NCBI RefSeq assembly: GCF_009914755.1
Contig: NC_060925.1
From: the human T2T-CHM13v2.0 reference genome, Homo sapiens
Reading direction: 5' to 3' (one strand)
DNA: 64,000 nt
A program made the translations under genes and the position numbers. The notes under the pieces are model-generated. The model had not been told where the DNA came from. It did not search any database and worked only from the letters and a program-made list of their open reading frames with translations. Of this stretch, positions 27,612 to 40,566 are shown one piece after another (the first letter of the stretch is position 1; the number at the start of each line of letters is the position of its first letter).

Positions 27612-29502
27612 GACTAGGATTAGCTTTAAACATCAACTTTAGCTTTACCACCCTTTGCGCAACCATCCATATAGTCAGCATAATTACACCTGTATGTTAT
27701 CACCAGTGCAAGAAAATTTCAGCTCAACAAATCTTTCTGAGGGAATAATCACTAAAACCATAGAAGATTGAAAGAAGTATATCCATAATCAACTACAATA
27801 AAAGTTCATATTTCTTGAGAATTTACTATATGACCAGCTCTGTGCTTAGCTTATTAAATTATCACAATTACCTATAATAAATGCATATAAGGAATTTGAT
27901 ATTAAAGATTATAAATGAAAAGGCATTACTTTACTTTTCTGTAGGACATAACTAAATTTCCCTTAGTTATGTCAGACCTAGCTGACATCCCTTTTTCATA
28001 GCTGAACAGAAACAGTGAGAGAGACCTGGTTACTCTAAATTTATAATTCATATAAGTCTCCTGATGTTTTCTATTCTCTGTCTGAGGAAAGAGACAAACC
28101 TTAGGTGGACTAATTCTTATAAAAATTTCAACTTTGGACCAATGCAGCTAAATCATTAATGTGTAACAAAAGAAATTAAGAACACCTTTTTGGGGGAAAA
28201 TTACAGTCTGAAGCCTCTACGATTCTTTATAAGCAATGTCTTACCTAGAAAAAAAACTTACAAAACATGAGAAGATAGATAAATAAAAAATATATAATGC
28301 AAGGCAAAGAGAATAAATAAGAGGAGCAGGAGAATGGGGCAAAAGTAGTATTTGAAGGAATAATGGCTAAGAATTTTCCCAAACTAATGAAAACATTATT
28401 GATCCAAGATTTGAGAAGCTCAGACAATACCAAGAATGATAATTAGAAAAAAATAAAACACTCAGACACATCAAAATTCAAATGCTGAAAACCAAAGACA
28501 AAGACAAAAATCTTAAAAGCAGTCGGAGATTGATTTTTGAAAATTCAACATTAAATCTTATGACTGACTTTTGAAGTGAAACAATGGAACCTAGAAAACA
28601 ATGCAATAATACCTGCAAAGTGCCCAGATGGGAAAGAACCTGCCAATTTATAATTCGAATTCCTTAGTATACATCTTTCCAAAATTGAAGCAGTTTAAAC
28701 TTATTTTCAGATTCCTCCCCACCCACCACCACCCAAAAGAGCTAAAAAATGTGTGCCAATCGACCTGCACTATAAGAATTACTAATGAAGTTTTTTCAGG
28801 TTGAAATAACAGATGAAACTATAAAGCCACAGGAAGAAAGGAGGAGCACCAGAAATGGTAAACTTGAGAAATACAAAAGACTGTGACTTTTAAAGCAAGG
28901 GTAATGATTATGCCTTGTTGTTTTCTAACATAAGGAGAAATAAATTATATGTCCATGATATCAAAAAGCATGGCTGGAGGTGGTAAGTAAATAGAGATAA
29001 ATGTTTTCAAATTTCTAACATCATTCAAAAAATGGTAAGCATTCTAATTGAAGGGAGATTGTAATAAGTCAAGGATACATATTTTAAACTTTATAATAAC
29101 CAGAAAATTATAATAAAATATATTTATAAATCTAATAGAAGAGATAAAAATATACTAAGAATATAGAATATATACAGAATATAATTAACCAACTGGACTT
29201 AATATTTTAATTTTTAATTAATTAATATTTAAAACCCTATACCCAAGAGTTGAAGAATAGATATTATTTTATAATACTCAAGGGAACATTTAAAATAATA
29301 GACTAAATTAGTGTTAGAACATAAGTATGAACAAATTTTAAAAGACTAACATTAAAAGTATGACAAGAGAAATTAATTTAAAAATCAACAAAATTAAAAT
29401 CAAACAGAACTATAGCCAGAAGATCCCCACATGATTGGAAATTAGGCAGCATATCAGAATATCAAAATGAAAATTAGAAAATATTTGACCTGAATATTAA
29501 TC

Positions 29503-29698
29503 TCCATCTGCCTGTCTATTAGAAGGATATTTTTCACTGGATTCAGGGCCCACCAGGATAATCCAGGATGATCTCCTTCCCTCAAGATCCTTGACTTAAT
29601 CACATCTGCAAAGGCCCTTTTTCCAAATAAGTTAACATTTGTAGGTTCTGAGAATTGGGATCAGGCACATTTTTGAGGCCACCGCTCAAGCTACTACA
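29503..29698 (-). mobile_element. MLT1B/C LTR fragment
   Basis: GGGCCCACCAGGATAATCCAGGATGATCTC...TTAATCACATCTGCAAAGGCCCTTTTTCCAAATAAG...CTACTACA. Confidence 0.8.
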
Positions 29699-30077
29699 AA
29701 CCTCAACAGGATTTTTTTCATGGAAATTAACAAACTGATTCTAAAATTATATGGGCATATCTCAAATAACCAAGTCAAACTTGAGGAAGATGAACAAACT
29801 TGGCAGACTTATGTTTTCTGATATCAAGATTTACTATAAAACTACAGTAACTAAGATAGTAGTTAGTACAAATATAGACAGAGAGATCTGTGAAATAGAA
29901 TAGAGTCCAAAAAAATGCACACACAGTTTATAACAAAGGTTCAATGGTAGTTTAGTAGGAAAAGGGCAATTCTTTAACTAAATGATGCTGAAGTAGTTGA
30001 GTATCCACATAGAAACAAAGAAAAAACAAACTACCTGATTTCTACTTTACACTGTATATAAAAATTAATTTGACAAG

Positions 30078-30493
30078 TGTCTTAGGTAAGGTCTCTAGAA
30101 GCAGAGACTAACATCATGATTTATCCCATGAGATTTATTGATAGAGTGGTCTCCAGAAAAAAAGAAAAGTATGAGAGAGACTGAAGCAAATTAAGGGAGA
30201 GTAAAAAACCTGACAAGGATATAGTCTTAGGTAAAGTCTAGCCTTGACTTGATCCACCGTTTATGCCTCTGAAGCATAGACTGTATTACCCCATTACCTT
30301 TCCTTTGTCAAGGAACCTGGCATTTTATACAGCTGTATGAGTGAGTTATTTGCTGTTGCCATGGTTTGAGGGAGAGGTATAACTTCCCAAGTGAGTCTTT
30401 GAGCCATTGGCAACTAATACGCAGCTTGAGATAGATAGATGAACTGATCTGAAAAAAATAGGATCTGTTAAGGGCACTATAATACTTACTACA
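30078..30493 (-). mobile_element. ERVL solo LTR (LTR16/LTR33-like)
   Basis: TGTCTTAGGTAAGGTCTCTAGAAGCAGAGACT...GATTTATTG...TACTTACTACA; TG...CA ends, interrupts L1 ORF2. Confidence 0.6.
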
Positions 30494-31339
30494 AGACAGA
30501 TCACAAAAGTAAAACAATAAAACTTTTGGAAAAAATAGGAAAAATATCTTCAGGTACTTAGGGACAGGTAAATATTTCTTTAAAAAGACACAAAAAAGCT
30601 ATAAAAATAAATTGATTAAATTAATTTTTTAAAAAAATCAATAACTTCTGGTAAATAAAAAATAAACATCATTACGCCTGCCCTTTTCTGGTTTCCCTAA
30701 GCAAGCCCACATCTCTGAAGCAGGCCCTTCATTGAGTCTTTCCATATGGATTATCTGGGGTAAAACCTGCTTCCTATTGAAACTCTAATTACTATGAATA
30801 TGCAAAACTAGTTTTGTTGTGAGGCTTATATGAGGAAATTCATCTAAAGTGTTAATACAGTGTTTAGCATGTAGCATTTAATAAATCTTAATTTTAAATT
30901 AAACACTTTGTTTTATAAGTTTAGCAAACCATCCTCAAGCACTTCAAGATTGGCAAGACCACTTCTATTGTAAAAATATTGACATTATCTCTTATTTCGA
31001 TGGCATTACATTATTTGATCCTCCCCTAATTCTCTTAATCCTAATTCCATGTTCAAAAACAAACCTTTTGATTTTCATTGTTTCTCATTTAGATTCACTA
31101 GTAAAAAAAATCCTGATAGCAGATGTATCACGATAGTCCATTCTCTGTGATGATTATTTCTCATTTCAAATTAATGAACCAGCATTCTAATTCTAACTTG
31201 ACTCTGAAGCTAGCCTGATGAATGAAAATGAAAACACTATGTTACTTTAAATTTTGTTCTCTTTGATAATATTCTTACGGTAAATGAATGAGTTGTAATT
31301 CCGACTTTATACAAACTTCTCATGAGCTTGTATATTTTC

Positions 31340-32270
31340 ATTCAGAAATTCAAGAATTATCTATCCTGCTACATAGTTACATGACCTAGGGATATTTCAG
31401 CACATTATAAAAGACCAGTCCCTATCCACATGGATGCTGCATTCTGAGCAGGGAAACAGGAGTAAACAAATGCTTAAAAGGAACACAATGATCAGATGAC
31501 AATAACAACTAAGCAGAAAATTAAAACACGGTGATATGATAGAGAGTGAGTAGGTGGCTAGTTTAGATGAGGTTGCTAGGACAGACTTCTCTGGGAAGAT
31601 GATCTCAGAACTCATCCCTAGATGTCAAGAAAAAGGCAGTCATGACAAGATAAGGAGAAACATGTAAAGCAGAGAGAATGGCTAAGTATAAAAGCCCTGA
31701 AGTGAGAATGAGCTAGAGATTCCAAAGATGAGACTTATAATGATCTGTTCATGGAACAGAAGGAATGCCAATGTAGTCTAGAAAGTGATGGAAAAAAATT
31801 GTATGAGATGAAATAAGAGAGATAGATAGCTAGTGAGAAGTTCCTCTAGGACTAGGTAGTAAGAGTTTGTGTAATTTTTATTCAGTGTTCATCTGCTCTG
31901 GTGCATTGACAGGATAGGCAGATATGGTAGGCTTAACTAGGTTTGGGGTTTTATCATATGACTGTGACAAAAGGAAAAGAAGAGCAAGCTGGATAAACAC
32001 ATAAATAATCAGAGTCTAAACTAATAAGGACATAAAGGGGGAGATGGAGACTATCATGGCAGTGGGATCAATGACTTGAACATTTCATTGCTGAAGTAAA
32101 AATTCTGGACTGAGTGACGTACAATCAGAGGTGGCTGTTAGAACGGGAAGCTTCGGATAGAGAACTTGAAGAATATGTGACAAAGTTACAATGCTGAGTG
32201 TATGTTGCTGAGGAGGAAAAAATATATTATTGAATACCAAGAGATCAAGGAACTGAAGATGATACAAGGT
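31340..32270 (-). mobile_element. L2 LINE fragments
   Basis: AAAGACCAGTCCCTATCCACATGGATGCTGCATTCT...GCAGAGAGAATGGCTAAGTATAAAAGCCCTGAAG typical reverse L2a. Confidence 0.7.
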
Positions 32271-32799
32271 AATGCATTCCAGAGAACACAGTGAAAGTGA
32301 GGGGAGGGCCTAAAAGGGTGGAGGTTTGAGGCCTTTTAGGAGATACTTAGAGATATGGGGAACAGAAGGAATTCATAAAATTATATGCTAAAGCTTGAGT
32401 TTCTAGTGAAGGCTATGATAAATAACAAGGTGAATTTAATCTAAAGGTCCATTATTAAACTATGAAAACACTATGTCCCTAAGAGCATCTCTTTCCCTAT
32501 TTTGTGGGAAAGAAGAAATATTTACTAAAATTAAAATGACAAGGAATTCCTGAAATGGAAAATGAATCCTTAGATGTCATGCAACCTAATTCAATGGGTT
32601 CTTAAAAGCCTATATCATAAATAAATAAAAAGAGCTCTCCAGTGTGAAATCCTATAATTCACTCTGGAACATATAGACTTTTATGTTGGTATGTACTTTT
32701 TAGGGACTTATCTCAATTCTCTGCTGTCATGTGACAGCTAGCTTCTCTTGTACTCCTGGGAGACTGAATGAATCCTTCCACTCTCTCCCAATCCTTAGG

Positions 32800-33235
32800 G
32801 CTAAATTGTTCCAGTCTTCTAGTTGTTTCAAATTTATCTTCTAGAAGATTCCTCAGAAGGGGCTTATGTGAACAATATTCTCTGAGTTCTTATATGGTCA
32901 TATTAGTTTATAAGGAGACTTTATAATTTAAGCTCAGTTTGGCTGGAAATAAAAAGGACTTTGAGTCACACTTTATTTCTCCTTCTTCAAAAAATTCCCC
33001 ATTTTCTTCTCGCATAAAGGATTGTTGTTAAAAAATCTGATAACAATCTAGGTTATTTTTATTAATAAATCAGTTGTTTGTTTTGTCACAGTGCCAAAGG
33101 CCTCTTTTCTTTTTTGTAAAGTCCAACCGTTTACCAAAACATATCTCTATGTTGATCCATTCTGGATTGATTTTCCCAGATATATGACATGGAATTTTTA
33201 TATATAATTTTAATCCCACATTTCTATCTCTTATT
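32800..33235 (-). mobile_element. HAL1/L1ME ORF1-region fragment
   Basis: AATATTCTCTGAGTTCTT...CAGTTTGGCTGGAAATAAAA...AAAATCTGATAACAATCT; continues after the L1MB at about 35290. Confidence 0.6.
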
Positions 33236-33255
33236 AGATACCTAATACGTATATT

Positions 33256-35277
33256 TTATTTTATTGTAGTAAGACATATATTACAATATGCCATTTTAAC
33301 AATTTTTAAGTATACAATTCAGTGGCATTAAGTACATTCACAATGCTGTGCAACCATTACCATTATCCATTCCCAGAACTTATTCATCATCATCCTCAAC
33401 GGAAACTCTCTACCATTCAAGCTCCCCATTTCTACTCAGCAATCCACCTTGATCACCTGTATTCTACTTTCTGTCTCTATGAATTTGCCTATTCTGGGTA
33501 CCTCCTCTAAAAGAATTATATAACATTTGTCCTTTTCCATTTGGCTTATTTCACTTAGGTAATCTCATCAAAGTTCATTCACACTGTAGCACGTATCAGA
33601 ATTTCACTCCTTTTTGAGGCTGAGTAATAGTCCTTTGCATGCTTTTACTATACTTTATCCATTAATCTGTTGATGGATATTTGGGTTGCTTCCACCTTTT
33701 GGTTATTGTGAATAATACTGCTATGAATATTTGTGTACAACTATTCATTTGAGTCCTTGCTTTCAATTTTATTATTTTTTAATTTTTAATTTTCTTTTTA
33801 GAGACAAGGTTTTGCTCTGTCACCCAGGCTGGAGTGCAGTGGCATGATCATAACTCACTGCAGCTTTGAACTTCTGGATTCAAGGGATCCTCCCCACTCA
33901 GCCTCCCAAGTAGCTAGGAATACAGGCACTCACACCGTTCTTTTTATTTTTGTAGAGACAGGGTCTTGCTATGTTACCCAGGCTGTTCTTGAACTCCTGG
34001 CCTCAAGTAATCCTTCCGCGTTGGCCTCCCAAAGTGCCGGGAGTGCTGCGTGCATTGGCCTCCCAAAGTGCTAGAAATTGTTTTAGATATGTATCTGGTG
34101 ACGTGAAATTGCTGGATCATATGTTAGTTCTATTTTTAACTTTCTGAAGAATCGCCAGTTTTCCTCAGCAGCTGTACCAGTTTACATTCCTACTAGCACT
34201 TGTTAGTTTCCATTCTTTTGATAAAAGCCATTTTAATGGGCGTGGGATGGTGTCTTGTGATTGTCATTTGCATTTTCCTAATGACTAGTGATATTGGGCA
34301 TCGTTTTACCTACTTATTGGTCATTTGTATATCTTCTTTGGAGAAATGTCTATTTGAATTCTTTGTCCATATTTAAATTGGGTCTTTTGTTTGTGTTTTA
34401 ATTGTTGAATTTAAGGAATTCTTTATACATTCTGGATATTAATCCCTTATCAGATATATGATTTGCAAATATTACCCCCATTCTGTGGGTTGACTTTTCA
34501 CTCCCTTGATAGTGTTCTTTCATGCACAAAAGTTTTTAATTTTGATGAAGCTCAACTTACCTATTTTTTCTTTAATTGTCTGTGCTTTTGGTGTTACATC
34601 CAAAAAATCATCACCAAATCCAATATCATAAAGATTTTCCCCTATATTTTCTTGTAAGAGGTTTACAGTTTTAGCTCATATATTAGGTCTTTGATCTATT
34701 TGAACTGTTTTTTATATGCTGTAAGGCAAGGATCTAACTTCATTCTGTTTCATGTGGATATCTAGTTTTCCCAGTACCACCTGTTGAAAAGACTACCATT
34801 TTCCCTATTGAATGGTCTTGGCACCCTTGTTGAAAATTAATTCAACATTATATGCCAAGGTTTATTCCTGAGTTCTGTATTTTATTCCACTTATCTACAT
34901 TTCTATCTTTATGCCAGTACCACACTATTTTGATTACTGTAGCTTTGTAGAAACTTTTAAAATCAGGAAGTGTGACCCCTCCAACTTTGCTCTTTTTCAA
35001 AATTGTTTTGGTTATTTGAGGTCCTTTGAGATTGTATGTGAATTTTAGGATAAGTTTTTATTTCTGTAAAAAATATCCTTGAGAGTTTGATAGAGATTGT
35101 ATTAAATTGATACATTACTTCAAGGAGTATTATCATCTTAAAAATATTAAGTCTTCCAGTCCATAAACTTTTAGTCCATGAAATGCCTTTCCACTTATTT
35201 GTGTCATCCTTATCTCAGTAATGCTTTTTAGTTTTCTGTGTATAAGTCTTTTGTCTCCTTGGTTAAATTTATTCCTA
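33256..35277 (-). mobile_element. 5'-truncated L1MB (L1MB4-8 class)
   Basis: 3' end TTTTAACAATTTTTAAGTATACAATTCAGTGGCATTAAGTACATTCACAATGCTGTGCAACC followed by reverse ORF2 sequence. Confidence 0.9.
33773..34073 (-). mobile_element. AluJ-type SINE inserted in L1MB
   Basis: GAGACAAGGTTTTGCTCTGTCACCCAGGCTGGAGTGCAGTGGCATGATCATAACTCACTGCAGC; rearranged 5' end. Confidence 0.92.
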
Positions 35278-35289
35278 TTTATATATAGT

Positions 35290-36545
35290 TTTAAGTCTTT
35301 ATTTTCGACAATGTATAGAGTAATAATTTTAGTATTGATGCTATTCTATTTTGTTGGTATTGTTCTTTGTGACTCCTGCATACATTTGCTGCATCTGATT
35401 GGCTTATTTTTTACATCTACTACATTCTCTCAAATCTTCCATATCTCTTCCTTGTCTTTTTTAAAATTAAAACAAAATTTTCTCCTACCCTTCTTCTATA
35501 TATTTTAGACATAATTTATTGTGTTTACTTTTTCTGATGCTCCTTATCATTTAGTTTTCATTTCAAAATGATTTTTCTATTGTTTCTAATTATTTTCAAT
35601 ACCTCATTAGCCTTTTAAAATAATTTTTCCCCATAATCTAATATCTAAGTTTTCTAATTCTCATTGATGCTGTTATTTTATAGTTCTATAATTTTCCTAA
35701 TTTTTTAAGCTAATTTTGAAATAGTTACACTTTTCAAACATAATATGGGCATATCTTTTTTATAATTATATACAATATCTGACCACAGACCTTTTCTATT
35801 ATTCACGGATAAGTAAGATGAGCTTTCCTTTATTATCAGGAGGGGAGGGTGGGCAAGGTTGGCTTAATTAACTTTATGGCTCTAGCACTCCCTCCCTCTA
35901 GTGCTTTTGTTTCTAGGAAGTGTTAAAAATATGACTGCATACTTTCTGAGATACGCTGGCCCTCTCCCTCTCTCTCACTTATATCTCGACCATCTCTCTC
36001 CTTTGCCCCTATTGTCTTTATCCTGCTAAATGCAGCTCTTAGTCCTGGTAGTTTCTGATTGGTGCAGGGGTTTAACCTAGAAGGGATTTTGCTAGGTTAA
36101 TTTCAAGTATTCATACACCTAGACCGACCAAGCACCATACAATTTTACCACAATGCCCTTGCATTCATCTGTTAATTTGAGCCTGCAAAACCCCTTCCCA
36201 GTTTTGACTGCTGTTCTCACGTTGGTTCACTTAGAATTCCAGTTGAGTACTCATTGGCCTATTTGGCATTCTCTGGCAATCATCTGAAGTCCTTTTGCTT
36301 CACCTCTCCATCCTGCACACAATTGCTGACACATGGGTCTTGTTGCTGTCAGTAGTTTGGCCCTTGCATCTATATTGTAAGGTCTACAGAGATATCTTAG
36401 TTTTGCTTTAGATTCATTGTAAATTTGTTGTGGATTTTCCAAAAACTATTTTTAATTTTGCTATCCTATTCCAGTTGTTCTATTTGTTTTAATGGGGGGA
36501 TGTGAGGGAACATGAAAACCCTGCTCTTGCCATCTTGTTCTAATC
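35290..36545 (-). mobile_element. HAL1/L1ME 5' portion
   Basis: T-rich reverse ORF1-like sequence ending GCCATCTTG at about 36530 (L1-type 5' terminus). Confidence 0.5.
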
Positions 36546-36871
36546 TGCAGAAGTTATTAAAGAAGGAAACATTTTCACCTTTTATCATTTATTTATATCA
36601 ATGAATGACATATGGAAATAGCATTGAAAAATCTTTTAAACATCTGTTATGTAGTGGAGACATAGTGTTACATTGTTCTTTCTTGTTTTCTTAGTTATAT
36701 TGTAAAATACAGGAATAATATGTATTAATACTTATATCTATGTGTGTAGGTAGGTATATATGTGTTTATGTGCATATTTAACAAAGAAAAGACCACTGGC
36801 TTTTTCCCTTTTTGCACTGCCTTTACCTTTTGGATAGCTTTTCTATAACTAAAACAGTCGAGGGAAATTAC

Positions 36872-36906
36872 CTGTCTCATGCTTATGCAAGCCACCAGCA
36901 CAATGC
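36872..36906 (-). other. Candidate 35-nt exon on minus strand
   Basis: tttacttgtatttattttttgtag|GCATTGTGCTGGTGGCTTGCATAAGCATGAGACAG|gtaatt; splice signals only. Confidence 0.25.
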
Positions 36907-38630
36907 CTACAAAAAATAAATACAAGTAAATATCTCTGTTGTTGATGATAATGTTGAGGCTGTTTATCATACAAACTAAATTTTAATTATTCATACACAA
37001 GTTTTAAAGTCTCTTCTTTTTTTGCAAAAGAGGGCAAAACTATGATAAAACATATAGTTATTTTGAGTTGAATAGAATAAGAATTTCAGAACTTACCTGA
37101 ATTTTCAACTTTCTTAGATTACCAGATGCACTCATGTATTCAAACTGAGAGACCTAGCTTTTTTTTTTCCTCACAAGTGAAGCAAGAAACCAGTTATCTG
37201 CTTTAATGCCTAAAACAGCTGATTACTCCAAGTTCTCCTAGCGATCCTGTTTCATTCACTGACACATAAGCTTATGCTGATGCTAAATGTAAGGTGACAA
37301 TTTCAAATGTGTCATTCTTAAAGATTTATATTAGAAGTATAATAAAATATAATCTTCAATGCAGATGCATGAGAAAACTCTCATTTCTTAAGTCAGCATT
37401 CAAAACAGAGAAGAGAGAAAAATGGAGCAACTTTTAGAGTACATGTTCCATGCCAGGCACTGTAATTGGTATTATATTTACTATACACCATAAAGATGTG
37501 GATAAACATGGGTAACATGATAAAAAGGAAAGAGAGTCCAGAGACCTAGATGCTAGACTTTCCTTTGTTATTAGGCTGTGTTACTCCAAGCTATTCATAA
37601 TTAATATTTGACAGTGATTTCTTAGAAAAGGCACTTGTCTCAACTAATATACAACTTCATTTCCAAATTGTTGAGATGTGCCTAATCAACATTCAAACAC
37701 TTCTTATTTTGATGGGATCTCCAAATGGTGTGGAGACAGGGCCCTATCTCCCACTCTGGAAATCAAATGAAAGGAGGTGGTTCTCTCTATCTATTCCCTG
37801 TTAATTAAAGGACAGGTATGTGGCTTAGGCTTTTGACCAAATCTTTAAATCTCAAGGGAAGGCTACATAGATGAAAAGACAGACAGACATTATTTATGTG
37901 ACAGTGGTGAAATTGGGAGCAATAAGTCAGCATTAGTATAGTGGTGACACTGGATGGTTGACTTCTTGGGTGCCTAGCCTCAATTATTTCTAACACAATT
38001 TTCTGTAATGTGTTCTCTTGCCTTTCTATTGGTTATGCAAGGTACTATACATCATTTCAACTTTCTTTTTCTTTACTACTTCTGATAAGCAGCATTGGTT
38101 TCTGCCATTTGCAACCAAGAACCTTTACACGGAAAACAAAACTTTTTGGCTGAAGTTTATAGGATTAATTGTTTAAATGGGAAGTTACAATTTATAAAGG
38201 GTTTAATATCTAAACATTTGAGATTGCTTTAAACTACTAGCATTCTCATTTAATAATATTAATAATATATTATCAAGTAATAATTTTAAAAAATATTTTC
38301 ACATAATATAAACTTGTGAGCAACTAAAGATTATAGAGCTTAGACTACATAATACACACAGCTTACTAATTTTTAAAGAAATTTCAAAAACAATAAAACT
38401 GTCATCATTCAGACACAAAATTATCTTTTTTCAAATCCATATTCTACCACTTAGTATACTGTGAGCTTGCAATATACAATTTGCCATCTCTCTGTAGTTG
38501 TGACTTAGGTATCTTTTAATTGTACCAGTGGGACTCACAGAACCTGGCTTTGAAATTAACAGCTGAAGATAACTCTTTGTAGTTTATCACTCCAAAACTC
38601 CCTGACATAATCCTTTTTGCTATAATTTGA

Positions 38631-40566
38631 TTTTTTTCTCAAAAAGAAACTCTTCATTTTATTTCTGTTCATAATCTCACAAAGGATCCATCGCTACCCT
38701 CGCACCTGATGCAGACCCCTACCCCATCACCTTAAAAAATGCTGATTTCCTAAAGTTAAAATGAACACTTAGTTTCCAACTATGGCCATTCTCAACCCTG
38801 CCCATTTCTCCTCATTTGCCTGTATATTCACCTGCTCTGTGAACTTGACCATCTTTTGGCTCCCTCTCCAAAGGTAGTTCCCCAAGGGCACTTGGCCTGA
38901 ATTTCTGCTTCATTATTTGGGTTCCATTCTTACTTCCTTGACTTACAACCTTCCTTGACTTACATAACCAGGCAGCTTTCCTATTCTCATTTGCATAGTA
39001 AATCTGCATAGCTTCCTGGCCCTACTTCCTTATTCTATCCCACAGCCACTCCAGAACCCACCAAAAACAACTTGCAAGAAACCACTGATTTGAATTTCAA
39101 GAGATCAAGTTTCCAAGCTCTGTCCTGCTCTCTGCAGTCCCTGTGTACCTTAGTTCCTGGGTTATTTGAGTAGTGTAAATGTTGACCGAGGCCAAACATT
39201 CCACCATTCTGAGGAAGGAAGGGGAACCACGTTCAGAAAGGGACAGGAGAGGAGAGATGGATAAAACCAGAGGTAGGGGCGTATGCACCCTGTAGTCCTA
39301 GCTCCTTGGGAGGCAGAGGTAAGATGCCTTGAGCCCAGGAGTTTGAGACACGCCTGGGCAAAACGGTCAGACATTGCTTACCCTGCCCCCAAAAAAGGCA
39401 AGGGTGTGATAGTAGGAATTAAGTTGGAGACAAAGGGATGATAGAGGGGCCCCTCTCACCTCAACACAAAACCAAAAGTGAGTCAGGGCTGAAAACCAGC
39501 TCCCCTTACAACACAAAGCCCTGCCCTGCCCACCTAGCTGTGGTGGTCCTCTGTTTGGAAACTAGTCCACTGGCTTGGTGAGCAGATCCTTGACTTCCTA
39601 AGCTCCAGCTTGGCTGACTCAGCTCTCTCCCTCAGCTCCTGCTCTGTGACTCCAGCACATGGCCCTTGTCCCCCAGGGCCTCCCCCTCTGCCCAGTTCTT
39701 CTAGTGGTCCCCTCAGAGCCTCTGGTCTCTGTTCTTTTGCATGTGGTACCCTTGGGTGGTGTCAGGATTGGGGTAGGAGACCAGGCTAGAAGGCTAGGTG
39801 GAAGGAGAGGAGGCTACTGTGGTGAGGACAAGGGCATCAAGCCCGTTCCCCTGCCAGGGCTTGTTGAGGCAGGAGAGGCCTGCAAAGGGTATACAAGGCA
39901 GAAGGTTAGAGAAGGTCAAAGGTGGGGAGGGGGAGAGGGAGAGGCATTGCCAGTGGCTGTGGTGGCCATGGGAATAGGTGGTGGGGGAATTGGGACATCA
40001 AAGTAAAAGTTTTCCATCTGTCCCAGCTCCTACTTCAGGAGGGAGGCCATGGCTTCCAGGTCATGTGGGAGCAGGGAAAATGGAGGGAGCCTAGCTGGGG
40101 TCACATGGGGGGCTCTAGAGCCCCCTGTAAAGTCAAGAGCCCAGTTATCTGGTCAGAGAAGTCATCACCTGTCAGGGCCTTCACCCTCCCCTCAGCCTGC
40201 TCTCCAGGGCTCCCGTGAGGATCTTACGAGGCCCAAAGGGGTAGAGGAGTAGAGGCCCGGGAGAGCACCTCATGGTCTAAGAGCTCGCCCAGGCCCTGTC
40301 CACAGCACCAGGAGTGGCATGGCTGCAGCACAGGCTCTGGGCACCTGTGGCAGTGGAGGAGGCAGCAGCACCATCTGGAGGAGGATCTGGGCATTGCTCA
40401 GATGTTGCAGACAGGCACCAAGGCGAAAGTGAAGGCTTCCATGGGGGCCGAGCAAAGGCAGCTGCGGCCTCTGCTGAAGAAAGAGGAAAGCCTGAGAGCC
40501 TTGAACATGGATCCTTCTCCTCCCGGCTTCCGGGTGAGAAAAAAGGACACCTGACGATGGGGAATC
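38631..40566 (-). pseudogene. ATF5: Processed pseudogene of ATF5 (activating transcription factor 5), apparently full-length mRNA copy, heavily decayed
   Basis: Minus strand reads uORF2-like MEAFTFALVPV (ATG 40442; ATF5 uORF2 recalled as MESSTFALVPV); main ATG 40320 GCAGCC ATG CCA CTC CTG; segments GDDFSD, HDLEAMASLLK*ELGQMENF, YPNPDTTQGYHMQKNRDQ, AEGEALG, ELRERAES, VKDLL; TAG at 39534-39536; no introns; 3' UTR similarity; AATAAA 38658-38663 and A7 38631-38637; in-frame stops and frameshifts. Confidence 0.9.
39272..39397 (+). mobile_element. FLAM/FAM-type Alu monomer inside the pseudogene 3' UTR
   Basis: CCTGTAGTCCTAGCTCCTTGGGAGGCAGAGG...CTTGAGCCCAGGAGTTTGAGAC...CCTGGGCAA, short A tail. Confidence 0.75.

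Larger units (their letters stand above)
27940..30670 (+). mobile_element. Fragmented ancient L1ME/L1MC (ORF1 and ORF2 pieces) with nested LTRs
   Basis: GAATGGGGCAAAAGTAGTATTTGAAGGAATAATGGCTAAGAATTTTCCCAAACT (ORF1); GATATCAAGATTTACTATAAAACTACAGTAA (ORF2). Confidence 0.75.
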
